Below, piece by piece: positions 34,418 through 44,872 of a DNA stretch of 64,000 nucleotides. This DNA is from a virus. Its lineage: Duplodnaviria > Caudoviricetes. A program made the translations under genes and the position numbers. The DNA lies in IMG/VR virus record IMGVR_UViG_3300033066_002255; one strand, written 5' to 3'. The notes under the pieces were generated by a model, which was not told where the DNA came from, did not search any database, and was given only the letters and a program-made list of their open reading frames with translations. Within the stretch, counting starts at the first letter, position 1, and each line of letters starts with the position of its first letter.

Positions 34418-37279
34418 ATGATAAGAGAAGAAATATTATTAAAAAAATCAAGAACTGGTACAACTGCATTTTATTTTGTTCCTAATATAACATTAGAGCA
34501 AGTTCCTTTTTTGGAGGAGCCTGCTTATATAACATTTGATGTTATGAATGTTCCAAATGGATATTTTAAATATGCGAGTGGAACAACAGAACTTTGGTCT
34601 TTACAATCTTCTAATTCTTATCTTAGCAATATTATATTATCTTCAATTACAAATAATATTTTAACAGGCTTTAGTAAGACTGAAACTTTTAATAAAATTC
34701 TCTCTACAACTGAGAAACAAACTATACAATCAAGATTTAATAATAATGTAACGAGTACTATTACAGCACAAACTCAAGTTGCTGTAAATCATCCAACTTA
34801 TGTTTTTTTTAAAGAAGAAGAAGTAGATGATTTATTTGCAAACATTAAACTTACAAGAACTTTTGATACACTAAATACTCTTCAAATTTACAACAAGCCT
34901 ATAAATACTATTGCTCAACAAGAAGCAAAAACAGGTGTTTTATTTGGAAAATTACAAGCTATACAAACAATAAAAGATGAAGTCGGTAATAACATAAAAA
35001 TCCCTTTAAGAAATGTTCCTATAGGAATTTTTAATCCTACAGAAGAATTTAATGCTCCAATGTCTTTAGATGAAAACGGAGATAGATTTTTTATGAATAT
35101 AAAAGAAAATTCAGTAACAAATCAATACTTTGACAACGAAGCATATTTAGAAGATGGTAAATTTTTAAAATCTCAATCTCAATTTTTATCTTTACCAGAT
35201 AAATTTAAATATATTACAACAACAAATGAAAATGGAGAATTTGTAATATACGATGCTCCATTAGGAAGTCAAACACTTGTATTTGAAGTTGATTTATTCA
35301 AGCAGGGACTTTCAAAAGATGAAATTATTTTAAATAATTTCCCTTTTCCAACAAATGATGATTCAAACATTGGAGAGTTTCCTTGTTATGTTTACAAGCA
35401 AATACCTGTTGATGTTATTCCTGCTTGGGGAAATGGACAGAGTGGTTATACTGAAGTTAATATTAATGCAAATATTGATTTAAGGAAATGGACTACATAT
35501 ATTTTTGCGCCAGCAGCATATGCAGACGAAAAACTAGAAACCACAGTTGCAAAGAATGTTGCAAATACATTCAAAATACAAATTAGAGATATGACCAATA
35601 AAAAATTTGGCGTAAAATCTTTAGAAGTTACACAAATTCCAAATGATTTAGATAGGTCTAGTGGAGCACAGTTTTTTTGGTTTAATGAATTACTTTTACA
35701 AAGACAACAATTAGAATTTGCAAAATTTGGTTGTCATGTTTTAAAACTTCCTGCTAATTTATATGACCCAAATGGTTATAAGACAGACAGAAATGGAAGT
35801 CCAACATCAAGTAAAGGAGTTTGGTTATCTGCTTATCAATTTAGAACTTTTGTAAACATAGAAAGATGCTATAGAGATACAGGGGCTTTTTTAGATGACT
35901 CTAATAATTTCTTCAGTCATTTTGGTATTAATCATGTATCAAATGCTGGAGCATCAGATACTGCAGAACTTGTAGGCTTAGGTAGATTTCCTTATGAGAA
36001 ACCTTGGACAATAAACTATCCTGAACCTTATAAAATAACTAAAAAACCCTTACAAAAAAGGTTTGATTATGGTAATGATAGATTTTATAAAAATCCTTAT
36101 ATAGTTGAAGAGCCAGCTTATCTTGATGGAGATTTAGTAGGTAATGTAGTAGACCCAACTCCAGACGCAATAGGAAATGAGGGAGGCTTTGGAGGACAAG
36201 CTTTTGGTGGCTTCTTTCCTAATCAAATTGCATATGTTGCAACAAGAGATTATATGTATAAATATGAAAAAGGAGTTAATTATAAAGAAACATATGCAAA
36301 TGGTTATGAACCTTATTGGAGTCAAAATAATTTAGGACCATATACTTCTAAGCCAGTATTGGCAGGTTTATCTTCAGTTAACAATGGAGAAAAATACCAA
36401 AGGCTTGAATGTGGGTATGGTTATTTTATGAAATATCAAGATTGGCCAAGAGTTTTTAGAGTAGATTGGTCTGCAGATATTTATTTTTATCCAGATGCAG
36501 GAAGTGGACAGGGAGTATCTTCTCCAGGAAATTATTTTGGTAATTTTGATTCATTAAGATATTGGACACATAATACCTATAATTTAGATGACCAAAATTA
36601 TGCATTTGGTTTTAATCAATTTAAAGATAACAATACTAACAAAGGTAATATAGACATATACAGAATTGTAAATTCTGGATTAGATGGAATTAAGATACCT
36701 AAAAACTTTTTAATTCCTACTTTCATAAGAGTTAATTATGGTGGTTATGCTGATAGATTATATAGATTAGACTTATATAATAGAGGCGTAATAGATGCTA
36801 AATTAAGAAATGATTTTAATTCTGGAACAGTTGTAATGGTTACAAATCCAAGTGGAGGAACACTTTACTTTAACGTAGGACAAACTTTTACCTTGAATCC
36901 TAATGGTAGTTTTCACGTTTTAAATACAATAGGAACTGAAACAGGAACTGACCAAATTTTAGCAAGAGAAGTACAATTTACAGGAATGATTTTTCCAGGA
37001 AATGATGGTTTTAATTCTTCAACTAATAAATACGAATCAGCTGTCTATGAATTTAATGTAAATCTTGGAGGTCCTCTCTCAAGTGCTGGAGGAAATATTG
37101 ATAATGCTGGAAATTGGAATTATACTTTTTCTGTTAATGCTACAGTAGATACTCCTGAATGGTTTATAAATTCAAGTTCAGAAGGAGGAAGTAGCGGATA
37201 TGATTATCAAGGATTTAGTACATTTGGTCATTCAGATAAACCAATGTATGCTGTTTATTTCGAAGACCATGCAAGATAA
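34418..37279 (+). CDS. Large baseplate/tail-associated protein
   Basis: 953 aa in the baseplate operon; KFKYITTTNENGEFVI...PLG.Q. Confidence 0.7.
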   Translation: MIREEILLKKSRTGTTAFYFVPNITLEQVPFLEEPAYITFDVMNVPNGYFKYASGTTELWSLQSSNSYLSNIILSSITNNILTGFSKTETFNKILSTTEKQTIQSRFNNNVTSTITAQTQVAVNHPTYVFFKEEEVDDLFANIKLTRTFDTLNTLQIYNKPINTIAQQEAKTGVLFGKLQAIQTIKDEVGNNIKIPLRNVPIGIFNPTEEFNAPMSLDENGDRFFMNIKENSVTNQYFDNEAYLEDGKFLKSQSQFLSLPDKFKYITTTNENGEFVIYDAPLGSQTLVFEVDLFKQGLSKDEIILNNFPFPTNDDSNIGEFPCYVYKQIPVDVIPAWGNGQSGYTEVNINANIDLRKWTTYIFAPAAYADEKLETTVAKNVANTFKIQIRDMTNKKFGVKSLEVTQIPNDLDRSSGAQFFWFNELLLQRQQLEFAKFGCHVLKLPANLYDPNGYKTDRNGSPTSSKGVWLSAYQFRTFVNIERCYRDTGAFLDDSNNFFSHFGINHVSNAGASDTAELVGLGRFPYEKPWTINYPEPYKITKKPLQKRFDYGNDRFYKNPYIVEEPAYLDGDLVGNVVDPTPDAIGNEGGFGGQAFGGFFPNQIAYVATRDYMYKYEKGVNYKETYANGYEPYWSQNNLGPYTSKPVLAGLSSVNNGEKYQRLECGYGYFMKYQDWPRVFRVDWSADIYFYPDAGSGQGVSSPGNYFGNFDSLRYWTHNTYNLDDQNYAFGFNQFKDNNTNKGNIDIYRIVNSGLDGIKIPKNFLIPTFIRVNYGGYADRLYRLDLYNRGVIDAKLRNDFNSGTVVMVTNPSGGTLYFNVGQTFTLNPNGSFHVLNTIGTETGTDQILAREVQFTGMIFPGNDGFNSSTNKYESAVYEFNVNLGGPLSSAGGNIDNAGNWNYTFSVNATVDTPEWFINSSSEGGSSGYDYQGFSTFGHSDKPMYAVYFEDHAR

Positions 37280-37284
37280 AAAAT

Positions 37285-40074
37285 ATGGATATTAAAAAGA
37301 AAATATTATTAGGAGACAAAGATATTATTTCAAAAGATAATGAAGACTTATTTATTAATTTAAATTTAAGTTCCTCATTTAATGATGTTATAAATGATAA
37401 ATTTGAAAATATATTTGATGTAGATAAACAATTTAAAAAGGAAAGAAATAGTTCTAAAAATTTCAAAATTTATGGTACTATTGATTCTACTGTAACAGAT
37501 TGTGATAACTTATTATTAGAGGTTTTTTCAACATCTGGAATTGCTGGATTGACTAATTTAATAACAACTATTAGTTCTACAACTCTTGTATATGAAGAGA
37601 AAAATGTATATGGTAAAAAAAGAGGTAAATTTATTATAGACTTACAAAATTATAACAATGATTTTGTATTCATAAAAATCCCTTCTAATGATTTAAATTA
37701 TAAAGACCAGATATATACACAACAATTAATTTTCAAAGATTCAGAAGGTAATTTTGTAGAATATGGAACACAGACCATAGATATAGATAATAATGGAAAT
37801 ACAATTGAAATAAGTAATGATTTTTATTTTATGTTTAATAAACATTGGATTAAAAAATCTCTACTTATAATAGAAGAAAAACCTGCTAAGGTATTTATAA
37901 ATTCACTTGATGATTTTACAAATACAAATGAATTTAATGTTCTTGCAGATAGAGTTGGCATAGAAATATCTCTTGATAAACCAAGCCCATTTGGACTTGA
38001 AAAAGTTGACTTAACAGTTGTGACTTCAACACTAGATGGAAGTGAAATAACAATTGTAGATGCTGGCAATACAGTTTTACCCTTACCTTATACATTATCT
38101 TTTTCAATTGGAGAACAAAATAAACAATTATTCTTTTACTCTCCAACTGATAATGTACAAGAATTTATTGAGAACGTAGTTTTAGGATTAGATAATTTTA
38201 TCAATGTAAGTACAGGGTCTCCTCTGCAACACACTGTTTTTGTAGCAGATACTACTGCTAGAAATAAAGTAAAATTAAATTTTCAAGATGTTTATCAAAA
38301 TAGAAATTACTTTACTGGAAGAGTATATGAGCAAAGTTCAACTTTAAGATATTCTTTTGGTATGCCAGCAGTACTTAGAAATGGTTTATTTTTTGAAGGA
38401 ACTCCGATGGAGTTTTATCCTTCTGATAATTATGTTTTAAAAATAAAAAATGTTGGTATTAATACAATTTTACCAATTAATATAAACTTAGGAATTACCG
38501 AGGAAAAGTTATTCTTAGCTAATGATGAATTTACTTTTAATATTACACAAGAATATACAAACACTCAAAAACACTCTATAAAATTAACTTTTAAAGATTT
38601 AAATTTACCAGCGACTAATGTTGTTAATTATTATTCTTATCAAGATGGTTTTAAAATAAATGGAATTCCCTTAGTAAAATATGGCTATAATTTTCCTATA
38701 AATTATAGTTTTTTTTTAGCTTTATTAACAAAAACTAATCCTCCATCTATAGTTAGTCCAATAGATGGTTGGTCTTACGTAAATTTCGAAACTCCTTTTA
38801 CTGTCACAGCAGATGCGGCAAATTTAGCAATTACTATTACTGCTAAAAATCCAGGAACAAGATTAGATTTAAGTTCATATGGTTCAATGCCTGATTTATT
38901 TAATGTAGATAGCGTTTTATTTGATAGTATTGGCGTAAAAGCAGAAGTTGTAGATAGTTTTGTATACGGCACTCAAAAACCTCTTGAAATTGAGTTAGGT
39001 GCTAATTTCAATAATAATTTAGAAGCTAAATATCAATTTAGAATAGAAAAATTAGGTTATGATACAATGGCATTCATAAATTCGCCAATACCTGCAAGTT
39101 TAAATCCTAATCCTTATTATTTAGTTTCAGGATTAAATACAGTATTGAGAAATTGGAATGATTCTAATTCTGCAGTAACATATACTCATAATAATGTTAC
39201 AAGTAATTGGGGAACAAATGCGTCTGCTACTAATCCTAATTTTGGAAGTTATAAGACAGGAGATGTTTATATAAATGGAATGGTGTTATTATCAAACCAA
39301 TATTTATCTAATACTCTTATCTATTCAAGTAATCCACAAGGTTCTAATGCTTTAAATCAAAGTCATGCAATTAATTCATCTGGTAATTTTTCACACGATT
39401 TTTTACCAGCACCAATTATAGTTATACCAGAAACTACATTAGAGCTTTCTCCTTATGATGTAGCACAATATGGCTATCTCACTATTTTAAAGCCAAATTT
39501 TGGTACTGCATCTTCACCTCCAACTGGAGTTGGAGCAGAAAGAAGTTTTGATTTTAGAACTGGAAATACAAACTCTTATAATACATATTATACAAATGAT
39601 TATTATAATTATGGAGGATTTATGTGGCTTTCTTCTTCTTCTTTCTATTCTTTTGGAGGTACAATTTCATCTACCAATTCAATTACAGCGCCAAAAGCAC
39701 TAAAAACTCTTTTAGAAACTGGTCAATCATCTCCTTTTATTTCAGCTCAAGGATTAACTGGCGTAGGAGCTTCTCTTCCTGCTGCTTATTATAATGAATT
39801 TAGTTTATTATATTCTTCAACAGGACAAATTAATCAACAGCATGTAGAAGGAGCAAATACTTTGAGTGTTATCAGATTAGAGTCACAAACTCCAGGTATT
39901 CCTTTTGAAATTAACAATATCAAAGAAATGAAATATATATCTGGACCAAATATTGGACAAGATTATACAAAAGGTTCAATTTTTTATATAGAAGCTCGTC
40001 CAAATCAAACTGCTGGATTAACTATTAATTTAGCCAATAATAAAATGGGTGGTTTTTCAGTAACTCATCCATAA
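37285..40074 (+). CDS. Large structural protein with Calx-beta-like domain
   Basis: ISLDKPS...LSFSIGEQNK...DNVQEFIE. Confidence 0.65.
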   Translation: MDIKKKILLGDKDIISKDNEDLFINLNLSSSFNDVINDKFENIFDVDKQFKKERNSSKNFKIYGTIDSTVTDCDNLLLEVFSTSGIAGLTNLITTISSTTLVYEEKNVYGKKRGKFIIDLQNYNNDFVFIKIPSNDLNYKDQIYTQQLIFKDSEGNFVEYGTQTIDIDNNGNTIEISNDFYFMFNKHWIKKSLLIIEEKPAKVFINSLDDFTNTNEFNVLADRVGIEISLDKPSPFGLEKVDLTVVTSTLDGSEITIVDAGNTVLPLPYTLSFSIGEQNKQLFFYSPTDNVQEFIENVVLGLDNFINVSTGSPLQHTVFVADTTARNKVKLNFQDVYQNRNYFTGRVYEQSSTLRYSFGMPAVLRNGLFFEGTPMEFYPSDNYVLKIKNVGINTILPININLGITEEKLFLANDEFTFNITQEYTNTQKHSIKLTFKDLNLPATNVVNYYSYQDGFKINGIPLVKYGYNFPINYSFFLALLTKTNPPSIVSPIDGWSYVNFETPFTVTADAANLAITITAKNPGTRLDLSSYGSMPDLFNVDSVLFDSIGVKAEVVDSFVYGTQKPLEIELGANFNNNLEAKYQFRIEKLGYDTMAFINSPIPASLNPNPYYLVSGLNTVLRNWNDSNSAVTYTHNNVTSNWGTNASATNPNFGSYKTGDVYINGMVLLSNQYLSNTLIYSSNPQGSNALNQSHAINSSGNFSHDFLPAPIIVIPETTLELSPYDVAQYGYLTILKPNFGTASSPPTGVGAERSFDFRTGNTNSYNTYYTNDYYNYGGFMWLSSSSFYSFGGTISSTNSITAPKALKTLLETGQSSPFISAQGLTGVGASLPAAYYNEFSLLYSSTGQINQQHVEGANTLSVIRLESQTPGIPFEINNIKEMKYISGPNIGQDYTKGSIFYIEARPNQTAGLTINLANNKMGGFSVTHP

Positions 40075-40098
40075 AATTAATTATTAATATTTATTAAA

Positions 40099-40620
40099 AT
40101 GGAAGAAAATAGTAAAAATAAAATCACATTATTTGTAAAAACAGGATTTGATTCTGGTTCTACTCTTGGTTATGGATTTATTCATGAAGGTCCAATTAGA
40201 ACTTTGGAAGCTCTTCCGCAAAATGATTTTTTTATTCCTTTATTTTTAACGTCTACGAACTCTTATTATGACTATGTAAATATCACTCATGATGATACTA
40301 TATTCAAAATGGAGAGACAAGAGTTCAATCCATTTTTTATAGAATTTGGTTTCTTTGATGGAATAAAAAGAAATAAAGTAAATAATGGAGAAGACCTTAC
40401 TGCTATAATGATAAATTACATTAGATTAGTAAGGCCTGATATATCTAATTTTACAAATATAGAAGTAAAAAAATGGTTTGATGAAATTGGAAAATATGAA
40501 TTACCTTGGAACAAAGGAGAATCAAACGAAACTAATCTTGATGACCTCGATAAGATTTCTTTACTAATGCAAAATATAATATCAAAAGCAAACTTTTTAG
40601 ATATTAATATAAATAAATAA
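40099..40620 (+). CDS. Hypothetical protein in structural module
   Basis: 173 aa; TATTTATT upstream. Confidence 0.65.
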   Translation: MEENSKNKITLFVKTGFDSGSTLGYGFIHEGPIRTLEALPQNDFFIPLFLTSTNSYYDYVNITHDDTIFKMERQEFNPFFIEFGFFDGIKRNKVNNGEDLTAIMINYIRLVRPDISNFTNIEVKKWFDEIGKYELPWNKGESNETNLDDLDKISLLMQNIISKANFLDININK

Positions 40621-40621
40621 A

Positions 40622-43066
40622 ATGAATAACTTACAATTATTATTAAATAAAAGATTTACAGCAAGCACTCAAAATATTACTTCTAATTTAGAAGTAATTA
40701 ATAATTACTATGCCTATATAAATAGTAATGGAGGCGGCATAGTGAATCCTTATAATGTAAGAGGATATTTAAATGACCCAAACAATCAAACAATAACAAT
40801 AGATTTTTTTGCTTATTTAACTGGAAGTACAACTCAAGAACAAGCTTTAAATATTTTATCTTCCGATAAAAAACTTTCAGAAGTATTTAATAGTTATTAC
40901 CAAAATTTTATAGTATCTGCAAATACTATTTCAAGCACATCAATAATACAACAAAATTTAACTGGTACTAATCAAATTATATCTCATGCTTATAATCATC
41001 CATGGTTTGGATATGCAAATCAAAAACAATTAACTGGAATAACACAGGAAATATATGGTAGTATAAATCAAGATATTCAAACTCCATTTATAGAAGATTT
41101 TACTACAGAAGAAAGCTATTATGTTTCAGTTCAAATTGATAGAGGTACAAATCAAATACCAAGAAGTATAATAGAACCTTGTGATGTTTTAATTAATAGT
41201 TCAACTGCAAATTTATACCCTCAATATAGTGCAATTACAAGTCAATATTTTTCAGGTTCAACATCAGGAGATTCTAAAATAAATACACTTTTACAATGCT
41301 TTGTAGATTTAAACTTAGAAACAAATTCTGAAGCAGCTACTCCTGAACCATTGCTAATGCCTTCATTTGAATTATCTTCTTATTTTCCTTTAGAAGGGGA
41401 CACTATTCAAGTTAAGATTTCTTTAAATCAACCAAGTATTTTAGGCATAGAAGAAGTTGATATAAACTTAATTCAATTACCTGGAGGAGCTGTTTTAGGA
41501 GCCGACTTCACTTCTCCGTCTTCTTTCCCTTTAACTTTAAACTGGGCAGTTGGAGAACAAGATAAATTTATAACTTTTAATTTAAGCAATGATTATGAAG
41601 AAGAATTATTAGAGTGGTTTAGATTAGAAATTGCAAATTTAATAAATCTTGACCCTTCTAATAACTTAAGCACAACTATATACATAAGAGATAATACACG
41701 TTTAAATTATATATCACTTACAAGACCTCCGTATACTCCTGATAATTCAGGTGTTACGCATCTTACAACAGACGAAAATAATGATATTGATTTTATCGTA
41801 TCTTTAGACCATCCAGCATTTGGAGTAGAATCTGTAACATTAGAAACTGTTCCTTTCCTTAATACAATAAATGGACAAGTTGGACCTACACCTAATCCTC
41901 TTCTTCAAAGTAATTATGTCTTAACAGAAACAATTTCAGGACAGCCACCTACAATAATTAATTTACCATATACAATTAATTTTGGAGTTGGCGAAACTAG
42001 TAGAGCCTTTTTATTATTTGTAAAAGACAATTCTATTATTGAACCTGATAAAACTGCTTATTTTCAATTAAGTTCAGCAGTAAATAGCAAAATAGACCAA
42101 TCTCAAAAAATGATTGAAATAAAAGCTTTAGATGATGATGGTAAATATAAATTTGTGCATTTAAATCTTGGAACAATTTATAATGAATTTGGAAATAGTA
42201 TTACAAATACTTTAATGAGACAAATAAATCCTCAATCTTCTTTTGGAGGAGGATATCAAAATATGTATGTATCACAATATGCAAATTATTTAATTGAATA
42301 TGGTAGTACTATAAATTTTTTAGATTACAGTTCAAGTAATTCTCAACAAATAAAATTTATAACACCTCATGTAAAAGTCAGAATAACCAACAACGGTTCT
42401 TCTCAATCTCAGGTAAATTATTCATTATTAAATCCTGGAGCATCTATGACTTTTGTGATACCTTCTAATGATTATATAATAACAGCGTCTACTAATAGTA
42501 ACAGAAATAATATTACTCAATTTTTAGAAGATGCTAATTATACAATAGAAATAATTGATAGTTATACTGCTACTTTACAAAGTTTATTGGCGATACCAAA
42601 TTTTAATCCTTTTTCTTTAAGGGCCCTTGATAATACAACTCAAGAAACGACAAATACACTATTGCTTGGTAATTTTTCTTTGCCTGGTTTTTTAGTTAAT
42701 AGTAATGATACTTCAAAAGCTTATAGACTTAAAAGTCATTATAAAGATATTAATACTGGTAGATTAAATAGTACAGATATTTTTGGAGCACCTACTGTTA
42801 GTTGTCCTATAGTAGGCACTTCTTCTAACAATGTTTCCTATAGCGATTTTTATGCAAATAAATTAGAAAATATTTCAATATTTGGTATAATTTTATTAAA
42901 CTACAATCAAAATGTAACCTATAGTAATACTAATAATTTTCAATCGAAATATAATGGCTTTGAGTTTATAGATTATAGTGGTAGCACAATCAATACTTGT
43001 AACAAAACAGCTTCTATATATAATGGCTTAAATTATTACAATTTACCATTTACAGTAGAGCCTTAA
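40622..43066 (+). CDS. Structural protein with two Calx-beta-like repeats
   Basis: ISLNQPS...GADF...LNWAVGEQDK...NDYEEE..E.F and VSLDHP...INFGVGETSR...DNSIIEPD. Confidence 0.68.
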   Translation: MNNLQLLLNKRFTASTQNITSNLEVINNYYAYINSNGGGIVNPYNVRGYLNDPNNQTITIDFFAYLTGSTTQEQALNILSSDKKLSEVFNSYYQNFIVSANTISSTSIIQQNLTGTNQIISHAYNHPWFGYANQKQLTGITQEIYGSINQDIQTPFIEDFTTEESYYVSVQIDRGTNQIPRSIIEPCDVLINSSTANLYPQYSAITSQYFSGSTSGDSKINTLLQCFVDLNLETNSEAATPEPLLMPSFELSSYFPLEGDTIQVKISLNQPSILGIEEVDINLIQLPGGAVLGADFTSPSSFPLTLNWAVGEQDKFITFNLSNDYEEELLEWFRLEIANLINLDPSNNLSTTIYIRDNTRLNYISLTRPPYTPDNSGVTHLTTDENNDIDFIVSLDHPAFGVESVTLETVPFLNTINGQVGPTPNPLLQSNYVLTETISGQPPTIINLPYTINFGVGETSRAFLLFVKDNSIIEPDKTAYFQLSSAVNSKIDQSQKMIEIKALDDDGKYKFVHLNLGTIYNEFGNSITNTLMRQINPQSSFGGGYQNMYVSQYANYLIEYGSTINFLDYSSSNSQQIKFITPHVKVRITNNGSSQSQVNYSLLNPGASMTFVIPSNDYIITASTNSNRNNITQFLEDANYTIEIIDSYTATLQSLLAIPNFNPFSLRALDNTTQETTNTLLLGNFSLPGFLVNSNDTSKAYRLKSHYKDINTGRLNSTDIFGAPTVSCPIVGTSSNNVSYSDFYANKLENISIFGIILLNYNQNVTYSNTNNFQSKYNGFEFIDYSGSTINTCNKTASIYNGLNYYNLPFTVEP

Positions 43067-43103
43067 TTTATTATTTTTAATTATTTATTTAAAAACACAA
43101 AAA

Positions 43104-43979
43104 ATGGCAGTAGGAATTTACGGAAACAAAAAACTTGCAGACATAGACTTTAATGATGTAGATATATTCTACGCATACTCTCCTAATAGAGAAAGTCTTG
43201 GAGATACTCAATTTGTTCCTCTTTTTAATTCAATCACAAACAATGAATTTAGGAAGATGCTTGGAGCAGATGGTGGATATAAATTAAGATTACCTGCTTC
43301 TACTTTTAATAAACTTGGATTTTATCTTGTTTTAATAAAACCAAAAACCTTCGAAACTACGATAGCAGATTGTTCTTATGTTGTCACAAACACAGACCAA
43401 GAGCTTCAAATATCAAAAAAAGGTATTGTAATACCAAAATTACAATTTCAAAGCACAGGTTCTCTTATAGGTTATCAAATGGAATATTTTGATGATAATG
43501 GTGTGAAAATAAAAAACTTTCATAGAATAATTACAAGTTCAGACGCTGTAAGCTTAAGTTCTAATAGCAACTCATCAAATCCTAGTGCGACATCTTATTT
43601 TCTTGATAATAATGGAACTCAATTGTTCTTAACACTTACTCCAGATGAAGTTAGTTTAATAACAAGCGAACAAAAACCAGACCTTGGAAAAGGAGGACAA
43701 AAAGTGTTAGTTTCTAATACTTTTTTTGACCCAATTATGATGGAAGTAGAAATGGTTGACCAAAACATAAAAACATTAAGTTATGGTATTTTTGGAAATG
43801 CTGTTAGAGATTTTTCAAATGGTGTTTTCTCTATTTTTGATGAGAATAATAATCTATATAAACAATACAACCTTCTTACAAGAAAATCTCAATTTAATCA
43901 AGCAAATCTTGATGTTAAAGAGGAAAGGTCAAGTATAAATCTTAATCAAAACTTCTTTAATGTATCTCAAGGACTATAA
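43104..43979 (+). CDS. Phage structural-module protein
   Basis: 291 aa in the tail region; TATTTATT upstream. Confidence 0.68.
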   Translation: MAVGIYGNKKLADIDFNDVDIFYAYSPNRESLGDTQFVPLFNSITNNEFRKMLGADGGYKLRLPASTFNKLGFYLVLIKPKTFETTIADCSYVVTNTDQELQISKKGIVIPKLQFQSTGSLIGYQMEYFDDNGVKIKNFHRIITSSDAVSLSSNSNSSNPSATSYFLDNNGTQLFLTLTPDEVSLITSEQKPDLGKGGQKVLVSNTFFDPIMMEVEMVDQNIKTLSYGIFGNAVRDFSNGVFSIFDENNNLYKQYNLLTRKSQFNQANLDVKEERSSINLNQNFFNVSQGL

Positions 43980-44840
43980 TTAAATTATACACCAACTTGA
44001 TGAAGTTCCGCCTGTATTTTGCATTAATCTATTTAATGGTGTTCCACTAAAAAATATTCTTCCTATTACAGGAGATGGTAAAGTAGTTTGAGGATTTAAA
44101 TCTTGAAACTTGTCAATATAAGTAGTAGACATATGTGTTTTATATCCTGTTGTTGCAGTATAAGCTGACATTCCAATTACTACAGCGCCAACAGCTGCCG
44201 AAGAAGTCATTGTATTATGTCCTCCTAAAATAATTGACATATCGCCATTTGCTATATTATTATTTCCATTAATTACAGCAGAATAAATTCCAGTAGAAGT
44301 ATTTGTTTTTCCTCCTAAAACACTAGAATACTTCCCAGAAGTTTTATTGTTGCTACCCCCTAAAACTGTTGAGTAATTTGTTGTAGCAGTGTTACTAATT
44401 CCACCTCCAACAAAAGAAAAAGTTCCATATGCTAAATTATATTTGCCTCCTCCAACAATTGAATAGCTCCCATAAGATGTATTTTGATTGCCTCCAACTA
44501 TAGAAGAAAAACTGCCTTTTGATTGATTTTGAGAACCTCCCCCAACAAACGAAGCATAGTTAGAAGTGCTATTACTAAGACCTCCTACAACTAATGAATA
44601 AACTCCTCCTGCAGAATTATTTCTTCCTCCAACAAATGAAAAATTTCCACTAGCGACATTACTACTATCATTATTTACCTTAATGGAATTTGAACCAGTT
44701 GAACTTGAGAAAAGTGAACTAGGATTATAAAAAGTATTTGCTGATAATATATTAAATATAGCAGTTCCACTAAAGGCATCATTTAATGCAATTCTTCCTT
44801 GGTCAAAAGTATATGATGTTAATATTAATTCTCCGTTCAT
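43980..44840 (-). CDS. Second GG..N-repeat fibre-like protein
   Basis: Same repeat type as 25778-27490; TATTTATA at 44854-44861. Confidence 0.72.
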   Translation of the reverse strand: MNGELILTSYTFDQGRIALNDAFSGTAIFNILSANTFYNPSSLFSSSTGSNSIKVNNDSSNVASGNFSFVGGRNNSAGGVYSLVVGGLSNSTSNYASFVGGGSQNQSKGSFSSIVGGNQNTSYGSYSIVGGGKYNLAYGTFSFVGGGISNTATTNYSTVLGGSNNKTSGKYSSVLGGKTNTSTGIYSAVINGNNNIANGDMSIILGGHNTMTSSAAVGAVVIGMSAYTATTGYKTHMSTTYIDKFQDLNPQTTLPSPVIGRIFFSGTPLNRLMQNTGGTSSSWCII

Positions 44841-44872
44841 GTTTTTGTTTATATATAAATATTAAGTAAAAT

